A stretch of DNA of 63,164 bases, the filler included, from Octopus bimaculoides (Eukaryota): NCBI RefSeq assembly GCF_001194135.2. It is 4 parts of 4 records of this genome, joined end to end, with 100 filler letters (N's around TTAATTAATTAA, not from the genome) between each part and the next. Parts side by side here need not be neighbours in the genome. Positions count along the whole stretch, not along the records: positions 51,420 to 63,164 come from NC_068994.1; 3 more parts are not named here. One strand, 5' to 3'. Position numbers and translations under genes: made by a program. Each line of letters starts with the position of its first letter. The first letter of the stretch is position 1. Shown here one piece after another: positions 51,320 to 63,164 of the stretch. The notes under the pieces are model-generated. The model worked only from the letters and a program-made list of their open reading frames with translations. It did not search any database and was not told where the DNA came from.

Positions 51320-52119
51320 NNNNNNNNNNNNNNNNNNNNNNNNNNNNNNNNNNNNNNNNNNNNTTAATTAATTAANNNNNNNNNNNNNNNNNNNNNNNNN
51401 NNNNNNNNNNNNNNNNNNNTATATATATATAATTGGTCTTATGTCAAATACACAAAAACAAGTTACAAGTATTGCGCAATGCTCTTTACCTGATTACATA
51501 ATTAGAATATTTAGAATCGTTAGAATTTTTAGCTTTGGAATTTTGGAATATTGCGTTAGCAGAATTTATTTCTTATCTGAGACTTTCAGTTTCTATATTC
51601 ATTATTGAACAACACTGCCTGAATTTTACTGCCTATTCTACACATCCATCTCGCTGCGGCACTTCGTTGATTTAGGAAAATCGTAGATAGATTAATTGTA
51701 GCTCGGATCTTATTAACTGAACTGTTACCTTAAGAATAGCGATTTTACGACACACATTCGATACTAAAGACGACACTTATTACATGCAGATACGAAAACC
51801 AACGTCTTTGAGAGTTCAGTTTATATTGTAGTATTTCCAGTATTGTGGGCGTGAATATTAACTTCGAAGAAACGAATTTTATTAACTTTCAATTCGTGCA
51901 ATAATTCAAATAGTGAATGATATTGTAATGGCTCCTTCTTCTCCAACAATTGTTTCGCATGTTGAACAACTCATTCTATAAATCATCACCATATTTTCAA
52001 TAAGTTCATGTCATTATAACTCTCTTGCTACAATGAAAATTTCCGTACTTTTCCGGTAAAAGATTGTAATTTGATATCATGAGAGGAACTGTTCACACAT
52101 GGCCTGGGTTTTATTCCTT

Positions 52120-52310
52120 TATTCTTTTACTTGCTTCAGTCGTTTGACCGCGGCCATGCTGGAGCATCGCCTTTAGTCGAAAAAAATCGACCCCTAGTAC
52201 TTATGCTATCGGTTTCTTTTGCCGAACAGTTCAGTTTCGGGGGACGTAAACAGACCCCAACATCTTTTATCAAGCGAGAGTGGAGGTAGAAACACAAACA
52301 CAAACATATA
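52120..52310 (-). mobile_element. SINE family A, 3' half
   Basis: cagtcgtttgaccgcggccatgctggagca..gccgaac..ggggacgtaaac. Confidence 0.8.
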
Positions 52311-55300
52311 TATATATGCAATGATTTACAAACGCTCCTTGTTGTCCTCCTGTCGTCATAAATGCCGTGAACTAAATCCATTGATCGTCAAAATTAATCT
52401 ATAGATTTTAAAGAATTCTCTATGTTTTCTGGAGACGCGTGTGAAAATTGCCACTCATTAGACGATATAACTTTGGGATTTATACTCATAACATAAACCT
52501 GCATTTCTGTGAATAATTTTATATCGATTCTGAATCAGTTTCTTACAAATGAAAAGTCCTCCATCATATTACTGCAAATTTATGTATAATAGTTAAAATT
52601 GACCACAGACATCTTCGATGCAGACATAGGCAGAACTTGAGTTTGGACAATAAAGCAACATTAAGATTCGATCGAAACGAATCTAGAATTTGAAATTTTT
52701 GAAGAACTGTCCAATTTTTGGACAAAAGAATTAAGTATTCCTTGTAGCATCAATCACTTCAACCTTTCAATATTAATTTAACCTTGCAATATTAACCTCA
52801 TTTGATTTTATTAATTACATACAACTTTCATAAAGAGTAGCACAATTTTCTATTGAATACATTGTAAAGAGAAATATTGTTTAGCGTTTTAAATATCATT
52901 CTCTCGGCTGCATTAAGAAAAGACGATAGATTAGTAACACGTCTACAGAAAACAGACAATTCTTAAAAAAAAAAAACCACTGAAATATCGATTTTTTTGT
53001 TTTGCATTTAACTTCCTAGTAACAATGTAAAATATTCTGATTATTTCTTTTTTTATAAAAATTGTAAATTTCTCGATAAAACAAAACTTTCTAAACGCAT
53101 CAAAACGCGGTAAGAATTACGAAAACAATAATGTTGTGGTAAGAAACCGCAGGAAGAGTTAAACAACAGAACGCCTTCAGAGAAAAAGCAAGTTTTTCGC
53201 CCCCTCCACCACCACCACCACCAGCGCTTTACATTCTAAGGAAGCCAGGGGCTGCATCTGGGCCATTACTCCCGGATATCCCTCTGCTGCCACATTTTGT
53301 ACTATTGTCTCAGTTGCATTAACACGCGATTGGTAAGATATACCAGAACCCCGGTATCTTGGGTTCTGGTAATCATTTCAAAGATGGAATTGGGCTGTAG
53401 CGTACATTATGACTTCTGAGGTACACTTCCATTCTTCATTAACTAGAACTAGTTGCAACGCTTCTCGGCTGCTTCTGCCATCGCTTTAAGAACGCTGGTT
53501 CTTAATTTGCACATAAATTAAAAGACATTTCATGAGAAAAAAGCAGATTTGTCTAGAAGCCATTTTGCACCTACTTCTATATCGAGGATTCAGATTATCA
53601 TTAATTGAAGTGGAATTGCAGATCCGATCTGAATCATATCATCACGAACGAAATGTACGCCATCATATAGCCAACAAGCAAATGATGTATAGATAAAACG
53701 AAACCATGACTTGCAGTCTAGTCAAGTCAACGACGGGCTTTCTCCCAATGATATAATGCAATGCGAAGATTTCCAACGAATGAAATTAAAATTTGAATCT
53801 GAAAATTTCTTAAGTTACCGGATTTTACAGCGAGAGAATTAAATATCTTTATAACATTAACCTTTTGCCACAGAATTTATATGCTTCCAGTAACTAGATA
53901 CAACATTGCTTATGAATAACAATGTTGAATTGAACACACTACCGACGCAAATAGAGTTTTACGTAATACGTACAAATCCCCTGATTGTACTGCAGAAGAT
54001 GGTATATTTGTAACACATGTATAATAATAATACAAAACTCTCCAGGAATTGTTGAATCCTTTGATGTTGATTATAAATTCAAATACCCAGACGAAATAGT
54101 AAAATTTTGTAACATCTTTGATATATCTCAGCATTTCTTTCTTGATAACTTACTGTAAAGCAACAAAGTCGTTTATAGCATACAACACACAAGCAAATGC
54201 ATATACACATACATACACATACATGCAGAGACGACCAAACATGCCCACGCAATCATGAAAGCACAAAGAGACATGTTCACATCACTTTCGTATAGAAACA
54301 CACAAAACCACATTATAAAGAAAAGGAAGGGTTTGAAAGACAAATGACAAATGAAAGTTATAAGTATACAGCATGATAATCATCACTGAATATTAACATG
54401 TCCATATTTTCTCCATACAATTTTAAACGACCTAATTTACAGCGTCTTTAAACCACTGAATCTGCAAAGATAAACAGTATGTGTTCATAAGGAGGCTTGC
54501 TTTCTCCACCTGTCCCTCTCTTTTTGGTAACACAGACTCACTTACGTGGATAAGAACTCACACGTATTCACATATAGATAGACAATTGTAGATATACATC
54601 TAGACAGATGCGTTGACAGATAGCTACATTGATCGACTGACTGACAGACTGGCAGTCGAACAGAGAGACCGTGGGGCGGACGGATAGATAGACAGATAGA
54701 TTGATAGATTTTGATATTCAAATTGATCAAGTTATTCACAACAATACGCCAGATATTGAGGCGAAACATCACATTGACGCAGTATCTTTGATATGCCAAT
54801 ATCCGTCGCCGACTGCAACGCCTGTGAAAACGCTTAGAATGTTAAATACAAGGGCTTCGAAATAGTAGAGATTATGCTAAATAAGATCTTAAATACCGGG
54901 AACTCAAAGTATAGAAACAACGAACAAAAATGTTCTCCTGGGAACAGGCCACATTCTAACAGTATCGCCAACTTAAAAATATTAGTATCATTTAAAGTCT
55001 TTTGAAATAGCAAATATGGGAACAAACTTTTAACGAAAATTAAATTTTTGGAATTTGGTCTCCTTTTGCTGAAGGGGAGAAAACTCATACGGTGACATGA
55101 TGTAAATACAGTGTGCTAAATATTAAGGAAACAACAAAGTCTAATGACCAATTCTACAATGAACTCAGAACAACGTATCATTCAGAAGGGGAGATAACTG
55201 ATACTTTATTTTATCGACCCTCTCGTTATATCGAGAGGCAATATTGAAGGTTTGATTGTATTTGAAGTGCGGGGTTGAAGGTAAAAAGTAAGCTAAACTA

Positions 55301-55419
55301 AATTAAATAACTTTCTAATATTAGAAATATTAAGAGTAATTGAATGTTGTAAGTCATTCTGATTGACACAAGAGATAATATCATCCATCGCTCTTACTAA
55401 TAAAAATAGCAGTAGCAAT

Positions 55420-55815
55420 GATGGTAATGATGATGATGATGATGATGATGACAATCATCATCATCACCATCATCGTTATCATCGATTTACTTCGGCAACA
55501 TCATCGCCGTCATTATCATCATTGTCATCATCATACTCAAGATAATAATGATGATGATGACGATGATGATAGCAGAGGTGGTAATTGTGGTGGTGATGAA
55601 TAATGACGATAACCAATCACATCATCACTATCCTCCTCATCATCACCACCGCCACAACCACCACCATCTGCTTGGTCGTCGGCGGCGGCGTCTCGTTACC
55701 ACAAGCACGACCCATGACCACCAGGACGACGACGGCGTCGACGGCGACGACTACGACGACGGCGTCGACGGCGACGACGACGACGACGATGACGACGACG
55801 ACGACGACGACGACA
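55420..55815. repeat. Mosaic trinucleotide tract (GAT/CAT/CAC/GAC)n
   Basis: Pure 3-nt periodicity. The poly-D/H/T ORFs are by-products. Confidence 0.85.
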
Positions 55816-56254
55816 AGACACCATAAATCAAAACCTGCAGCACATAATTAACAAAATGAAGGAAAAAAAAACCTCTGTGCTTTCAGACTAAATAAAAAAA
55901 ACGCACAAAAACAAAAACAAAAGACACGGATGGCAACCAGTGATATGATGACGTTTTAGTAAAACAGACAATTTGGATTGATGCCATAGAATACTTAATA
56001 ACAATGCAGATGTTTGAAGAGGTGTTGTTGCTAAGAAATTTATTGAAACAGGACGACAATCTAAAATAGATGACACTCTCCTACCAATTTCTAGTAAACG
56101 ACCAACCCCCCTATGAGAAAACATAAACAAAAAAAAAGAAGAAAAGAAATTTCACTTCTATGAAAGTACTTCAGACTGGTGAATAAAGTAACATGTTACG
56201 ATATGAAGCGGGTATTTGGGGGGAGGCGGAGGAATTCTGATACACACACACACA

Positions 56255-56312
<58 letters not shown>

Positions 56313-56510
56313 ATGTATGCATATATATATATATATATANNNNNNNNNNNNNNNNNNNNNNNNNNNNNNNNNNNNNNNNNNNNNNNNNNNNNNNNNNNNN
56401 NNNNNNNNNNNNNNNNNNNNNNNNNNNNNNNNNNNNNNNNNNNNNNNNNNNNNNNNNNNNNNNNNNNNNNNNNNNNNNNNNNNNNNNNNNNNNNNNNNNN
56501 NATGAATGTA

Positions 56511-56544
<34 letters not shown>

Positions 56545-56606
56545 TATGTATGTATATGTATGTATGTATAAATATATATGTCTACATATATACATATATA
56601 TATGCG

Positions 56607-56639
<33 letters not shown>

Positions 56640-56816
56640 ATATACAGAGAGACATACAGAGGCAAGAACAAACAGACGGATAGAGAAGCATAGACAGAGA
56701 AGTAATACAATATGATATCTTCATGGCAAAAGCTACACAGTAGAAAGCCGAGAGGTTTCATGGAAGATCGGAGAACTCTTAACAGGGAAATGGGAAAATA
56801 ACTAAAGAAATACATC

Positions 56817-56867
<51 letters not shown>

Positions 56868-57361
56868 NNNNNNNNNNNNNNNNNNNNNNNNNNNNNNNNN
56901 NNNNNNNNNNNNNNNNNNNNNNNNNNNNNNNNNNNNNNNNNNNNNNNNNNNNNNNNNNNNNNNNNNNNNNNNNNNNNNNNNNNNNNNNNNNNNNNNNNNN
57001 NNNNNNNNNNNNNNNNNNNNNNNNNNNNNNNNNNNNNNNNNNNNNNNNNNNNNNNNNNNNNNNNNNNNNNNNNNNNNNNNNNNNNNNNNNNNNNNNNNNN
57101 NNNNNNNNNNNNNNNNNNNNNNNNNNNNNNNNNNNNNNNNNNNNNNNNNNNNNNNNNNNNNNNNNNNNNNNNNNNNNNNNNNNNNNNNNNNNNNNNNNNN
57201 NNNNNNNNNNNNNNNNNNNNNNNNNNNNNNNNNNNNNNNNNNNNNNNNNNNNNNNNNNNNNNNNNNNNNNNNNNNNNNNNNNNNNNNNNNNNNNNNNNNN
57301 NNNNNNNNNNNNNNNACTGTGTATGTACGTATGTGTATAGTATATGTCTATATACAGAGGA

Positions 57362-57393
<32 letters not shown>

Positions 57394-57416
57394 CTGCCTA
57401 TCTGTCTGAGTAGGTT

Positions 57417-57475
<59 letters not shown>

Positions 57476-58013
57476 GCACCCATAGCTATATGTGTGTGTG
57501 AGCGTGTGTATGTGTGTCTATGAATGTGTTAACGTTGTCTATGTAAACGGATAAATATTTATACCTATGTATGCTTGTGTATGCGTGTGTCTGTGTTAGT
57601 GTGTGTATATGTGTGTGTGTGTACGTATGAGATGCCTGTACACGTGTGAGTCTGTTTCACTGCACCCGTGTCTCCAAAAGTTCAGCACTTGTTCATTGGT
57701 TTTTGTGAGGCAATAAACGACGGACGGTTTTGACAGAAACGTCAATATGGGAAAACTAGATTGATTAGAAATAAGGAGAAGCCTTTTAACCTGAAATATT
57801 CAAGTAATAAAGTGTTAAATTCATATTAGCTTTACCTTATTACAAATTCTGCACCTCTGCAGTCGTACTACCATAAACACCTATACAAAGACAATGAGAA
57901 TGAGAAATACTGAAACAAAGAGAAAAAAAAATAGTCTCGTACATTAGCGTTCTTATATATGTGTGTGTGTTTTAGTGTGTGTGTGAAAGCTACACATTGA
58001 TATATAGATATAT

Positions 58014-58420
58014 ACTCTTTTACTCTTTTACTTTATTTCAGTCATTTGACTGCGGCCATGCTGGAGCACCGCCTTTAGTCGAGAAAATCGACGCCAGGAC
58101 TTATTCTTTGGAAGCCTAGTACTTATTCTATCGGTTTCTATTTGCCGAACCGCTAAGTTACGGGGACGTAAACACACCACCATCGGTTGTCAAGCGATGG
58201 TAGGGGGGCCAAACACAGGCACACAAACACGCATACATATATACATATACATATATACGACGGGCTTCTTTCAGTTTCCGTCTACCAAATCCACTCACAA
58301 GGCTTTGGTCGGCCCGAGGCTATAGTAGGAGTCACTTGCACACGGTGCCACGCAGTAGGACTGAACCCAGAACCATGTGGTTGGTAAGCAAGCTACTTAC
58401 CACACAGTCACTCCTGGGCC
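58014..58420 (-). mobile_element. SINE family A, full length and young
   Basis: Colinear and highly similar to 38537-38950. Confidence 0.9.
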
Positions 58421-59899
58421 TATATGTGNNNNNNNNNNNNNNNNNNNNNNNNNNNNNNNNNNNNNNNNNNNNNNNNNNNNNNNNNNNNNNNNNNNNNNNN
58501 NNNNNNNNNNNNNNNNNNNNNNNNNNNNNNNNNNNNNNNNNNNNNNNNNNNNNNNNNNNNNNNNNNNNNNNNNNNNNNNNNNNNNNNNNNNNNNNNNNNN
58601 NNNNNNNNNNNNNNNNNNNNNNNNNNNNNNNNNNNNNNNNNNNNNNNNNNNNNNNNNNNNNNNNNNNNNNNNNNNNNNNNNNNNNNNNNNNNNNNNNNNN
58701 NNNATATATATATATATATATATAGGCACGTATATAGAGAGACTGCATTTTGCTACATATATATAGGGAGAGACAGACAGACAGACAAAACAGAGATAGA
58801 AACGCTGACAAATATATGTAGATATATTGTGACATTGTTTTTGTTTTCTACATTCAAACGATGGAGCTGTGTATCATTGTTAGGAACCAGCACCTTCTTC
58901 AAAGGAAGAATTTAAATAACTAATAACAGAAGAGGAACATGCGTACATGCATACATACATACATACATGCCTATCTACCTACCTACCTACATACATACAT
59001 ACATACATACACACATACAAAACTACCTCGTTGATTCTGTTGGAATTCCAATGAAGGAGCCTTGGATCTAGGTTAGAAAGCGGTTCTTTCGCTATTGGCA
59101 AGGAATCTTGAAACTAAACTGAATAATGCCATACATACATACATACATAGTGATTGGTGGAACTATGTGGGTGGATGGAAATTAAAATACTAAACTATCT
59201 TGGTATATTATCGTCAGGTGAGTGTGTAAAAAGGTGAGTGTGTAATTTTTAACACGTTTCGCTTTATTAACTCCTGTTTGCTTGAATTTAAGCGAAAACA
59301 AATTTCGTTATTGGATGAAATTAATCGTTGGTAATCTTTACTTCAATCACTGAAGTGTCTTCAACTTTGATCGTACAGATTTATGTAAGGCGATAATTTT
59401 GTGTAGTTCAAAAATCTTCCAATAACGATCAGAAGATAAGCATGAGAGGTTAATGCCCGAATTTCTGGAACATTTCCCTAAGGTGACAGAGGAGGTCAAT
59501 GTCCGAACGATGGAATATCTAGTAAGGTAACAGAAGGGGGTCAATATCTGATATTTCGATATTATGCAGTAATGTAATAAGAGAGAGAGAGAGAGACGGG
59601 GAAAGAGAAGGATAAACTCAAAGACAGAGAGTGAGAGAGAGAGAGGGCAGAGAGTGAGAGAGGGCGGAGAGAGAGAGAGAGAGTATTTTCAAATTTTGGA
59701 GGCAAAACGAATCCTGTTGATACGATTGTGTATCAGCTGAAAAGTTTAACATTTTAAAAGATCAGAAAATTTTGAGATTTTATTTCAGAGAAGATTAGAT
59801 TCCTATAAGCTGCACGATGTAGAAGAAGATACCATTGCTAAGGAAGATTTTGAAGAGGGCAGCCATGTTGTGTGTTCATATCTTTAACAGAGATAACAT

Positions 59900-59920
<21 letters not shown>

Positions 59921-59994
<74 letters not shown>

Positions 59995-60037
59995 ATATAC
60001 ATATATATATACATATAAACATATGTACATATGTATA

Positions 60038-60072
<35 letters not shown>

Positions 60073-60161
60073 GCATAAATACATATATACACATATAGAT
60101 GCATATGTGTATATATATATATATATATATGCATGTATATCTCTATGTATGTGTGTGTATA

Positions 60162-60198
<37 letters not shown>

Positions 60199-60632
60199 NN
60201 NNNNNNNNNNNNNNNNNNNNNNNNNNNNNNNNNNNNNNNNNNNNNNNNNNNNNNNNNNNNNNNNNNNNNNNNNNNNNNNNNNNNNNNNNNNNNNNNNNNN
60301 NNNNNNNNNNNNNNNNNNNNNNNNNNNNNNNNNNNNNNNNNNNNNNNNNNNNNNNNNNNNNNNNNNNNNNNNNNNNNNNNNNNNNNNNNNNNNNNNNNNN
60401 NNNNNNNNNNNNNNNNNNNNNNNNNNNNNNNNNNNNNNNNNNNNNNNNNNNNNNNNNNNNNNNNNNNNNNNNNNNNNNNNNNNNNNNNNNNNNNNNNNNN
60501 NNNNNNNNNNNNNNNNNNNNNNNNNNNNNNNNNNNNNNNNNNNNNNNNNNNNNNNNNNNNNNNNNNNNNNNNNNNNNNNNNNNNNNNNNNNNNNNNNNNN
60601 NNNNNNNNNNNNNNNNNNNNNNNNNNNNNNNN

Positions 60633-60695
<63 letters not shown>

Positions 60696-60738
60696 ATATA
60701 CATATATATATACATATAAACATATGTACATATGTATA

Positions 60739-60773
<35 letters not shown>

Positions 60774-60862
60774 GCATAAATACATATATACACATATAGA
60801 TGCATATGTGTATATATATATATATATATATGCATGTATATCTCTATGTATGTGTGTGTATA

Positions 60863-60898
<36 letters not shown>
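59921..60898. other. Probable false duplication across an assembly gap
   Basis: The irregular TA/CA pattern at about 59930-60198 is repeated essentially base for base at about 60633-60898. Confidence 0.85.
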
Positions 60899-60901
<3 letters not shown>

Positions 60902-62159
60902 CGTATGTGTATTTCGTGTGCATATATATATATATATATATATTTGTGTGTGTGTGTGTGCGCGCGTGTATGTGTGTGTGTTTGTGTATGAGAATGAATG
61001 AATAAATCAATGAATGAATGAATGAATGAAATAAAACAATATACTGTTGAGAAGATAGATTCAGTCACTTAATACCTCAGCTTTGTCAAATAACCATTCG
61101 TATTCCAAAGCTAGAATGACAGATGATTGACAATTGAAGCCCTCATCAACAATATCTTCCAAATACTCCATTTATCTTTAAAGCAGTGGAAATATTTTCC
61201 AACCAGTTTTCAATTTTAAATTTGCTATAAATAGAATCTTTTCGTTCTTGCTTAGATTTAGAAATATTTTATCGTGCGTAATCTAATGACAGGATGATGT
61301 TGAAGTTATATATATCTTTTTTTTTTTTTGTTTAATTTGTTCATATAAGAGAATTAGTAAATATTAATAGATAAGCCCAATGGACAATGTAATGCACAAG
61401 GGGAATGGAAGATAATCAAGTTTAAAGTACTCTAAATAACATTCAATAATGTTTTGTTTGTTTCTTTTTTATTGTTTTTTTTGTTTTGTTTTGTTTTTGA
61501 TTTTTGTTTTTGTTTTGGTTTGTTCATTCTGAGTCTCTCATCAGAATCTGCAGTTTGGTAGTGCATCACTAAAATCTCAAAGTATGAACATCAAATTTTG
61601 GCGCAAAGCCAGAAACTTCGGTGAGGGGATAAATCGATTNNNNNNNNNNNNNNNNNNNNNNNNNNNNNNNNNNNNNNNNNNNNNNNNNNNNNNNNNNNNN
61701 NNNNNNNNNNNNNNNNNNNNNNNNNNNNNNNNNNNNNNNNNNNNNNNNNNNNNNNNNNNNNNNNNNNNNNNNNNNNNNNNNNNNNNNNNNNNNNNNNNNN
61801 NNNNNNNNNNNNNNNNNNNNNNNNNNNNNNNNNNNNNNNNNNNNNNNNNNNNNNNNNNNNNNNNNNNNNNNNNNNNNNNNNNNNNNNNNNNNNNNNNNNN
61901 NNNNNNNNNNNNNNNNNNNNNNNNNNNNNNNNNNNNNNNNNNNNNNNNNNNNNNNNNNNNNNNNNNNNNNNNNNNNNNNNNNNNNNNNNNNNNNNNNNNN
62001 NNNNNNNNNNNNNNNNNNNNNNNNNNNNNNNNNNNNNNNNNNNNNNNNNNNNNNNNNNNNNNNNNNNNNNNNNNNNNNNNNNNNNNNNNNNNNNNNNNNN
62101 NNNNNNNNNNNNNNNNNNNNNNNNNNNNNNNNNNNNNNNNNTTTTACGCGAGGTGTTAA

Positions 62160-62378
62160 CGATCCTTTTTTACTAAAGGCACAAGGCCTGAAATTTGTGG
62201 GGAGGGGACTAGTGGATAACATCGACCTCAGTGTTTCACATGTACTTAATTTATCGAGCATGAAAGGATGAAGGGCAAAATCGACCACGGGGGAATTTGA
62301 ACTCAGAACGTAGCGACAGACGAAATACCGCTAAGCATTTCGCCCGGCGTGCCAAAGTTTCTGACAGCTCGCCACCTT
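62160..62378 (-). mobile_element. SINE family B, near full length
   Basis: cgaaataccgctaagcatttcgcccggcgtg..cagctcgccacctt head plus core. Confidence 0.85.
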
Positions 62379-62934
62379 TGAAGTCCCCAATATCAATACA
62401 TTTTATCGGTTTACACATTAATTTACCGAGAAGTTCAAGAACGACATTGAAAACAAATAAACCACGTATCAAACTTTCCGTGGCGGCTATAGTCTAGAGC
62501 AGAGTTACGCTAGGCCCGGCCCACAAAAACGCACAAGTTTTTAATGACCCGTGTTGGATTTTGTATATATAGGGAAAAAGTTAATATGCATATTTCGGAG
62601 GCGTACTTGCCAACCAAGTGAAATTATGTAATACCATGTGTTGAAACTGAAACGAAGGCAGTGTTGCAGACACAAATTCAAAAACACACAAACACTGTTA
62701 ACTTCAAACATTTATTTGGTGACGCCAAATAAAAATTAATAGTAAAAGACAAATCATAACTGTTTAAGTGAAGTTAACAGTCTTCGTGAGGTTTTGGATG
62801 TCTAATATGTTTCTACCATTCTGTAAGCAATATGTGCATAATGATTTAGATATTTGTTTTGTTTTTAATTTGATATTTTTCTTTTTCAAATAAACGAGTG
62901 ATACATATTTTTTTTCATAGTTTTTTATAGGTTT

Positions 62935-63040
62935 CACTCATCTGAGAGGGCCATGCTGGAGCACCGCATTTTAGTCGAACAAATCAACCCCAACACTTAT
63001 TATTTGTAAGCCTAATACTCTTTTGCCGAACCGCTAAGTG
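62935..63040 (-). mobile_element. SINE family A, partial
   Basis: ggccatgctggagcaccgc..agtcgaacaaatc..gccgaaccgctaag. Confidence 0.75.
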
Positions 63041-63164
63041 ATGTCGCTGCAGATTTCCGCCCCGACATCCGAAACTCGGAGTTTTATCATGGGTACCGAA
63101 TAATTGTCACATATATTTACAGATAAATTCTTCTATTTACATAATATCAAGGTCTTTTTAATTC

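Noticed and set aside
55363-55851. Poly-Asp/His/Thr proteins
   Set aside because: Open in several frames only because of trinucleotide periodicity.
59041-59110. ccaatgaagg..agaaagcgg hammerhead-like spacing
   Set aside because: Core is non-canonical and there is no convincing stem II.
59175-59217. Short plus-strand ATG exon with a perfect CAG|GTGAGT donor (MEIKILNYLGILSS)
   Set aside because: Only 14 codons, the donor motif lies in a local duplication, and no downstream exon was found.
61061-61171. 36-aa minus-strand [39 protein letters not shown]
   Set aside because: Short, unrecognised, weak splice signals.

Overview
AT-rich, microsatellite-saturated eukaryotic DNA from a gappy draft assembly. 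The tRNA-derived SINE families and repeat landscape point to an octopus (coleoid cephalopod); this is an inference. Most of the window is TE debris: several SINE families, Tc1/mariner copies (DD34E IR/DR type, DD41D-like, DD37D-like) with their MITE derivatives, a hAT MITE, CR1-, RTE- and R4-type LINE fragments, and Penelope-like retroelements. One near-complete Naiad-type copy (RT + GIY-YIG) carries a minimal hammerhead ribozyme at its 3' end. The only host gene I could reconstruct is on the minus strand at about 29.2-37.8 kb. Six to seven small exons with GT-AG boundaries splice in frame into a roughly 290-aa protein of three tandem CARD-like domains resembling RIG-I/MDA5 CARDs. I found no helicase exons. 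Its last candidate exon has a single in-frame TAG in an ADAR-preferred context. Most listed ORFs are translations of microsatellites or N-gaps and are not genes. Three 44N-TTAATTAATTAA-44N spacers are artificial joins, so continuity across them is not guaranteed. All calls were made by eye without database searches; TE boundaries are approximate unless TIRs/TSDs are quoted.
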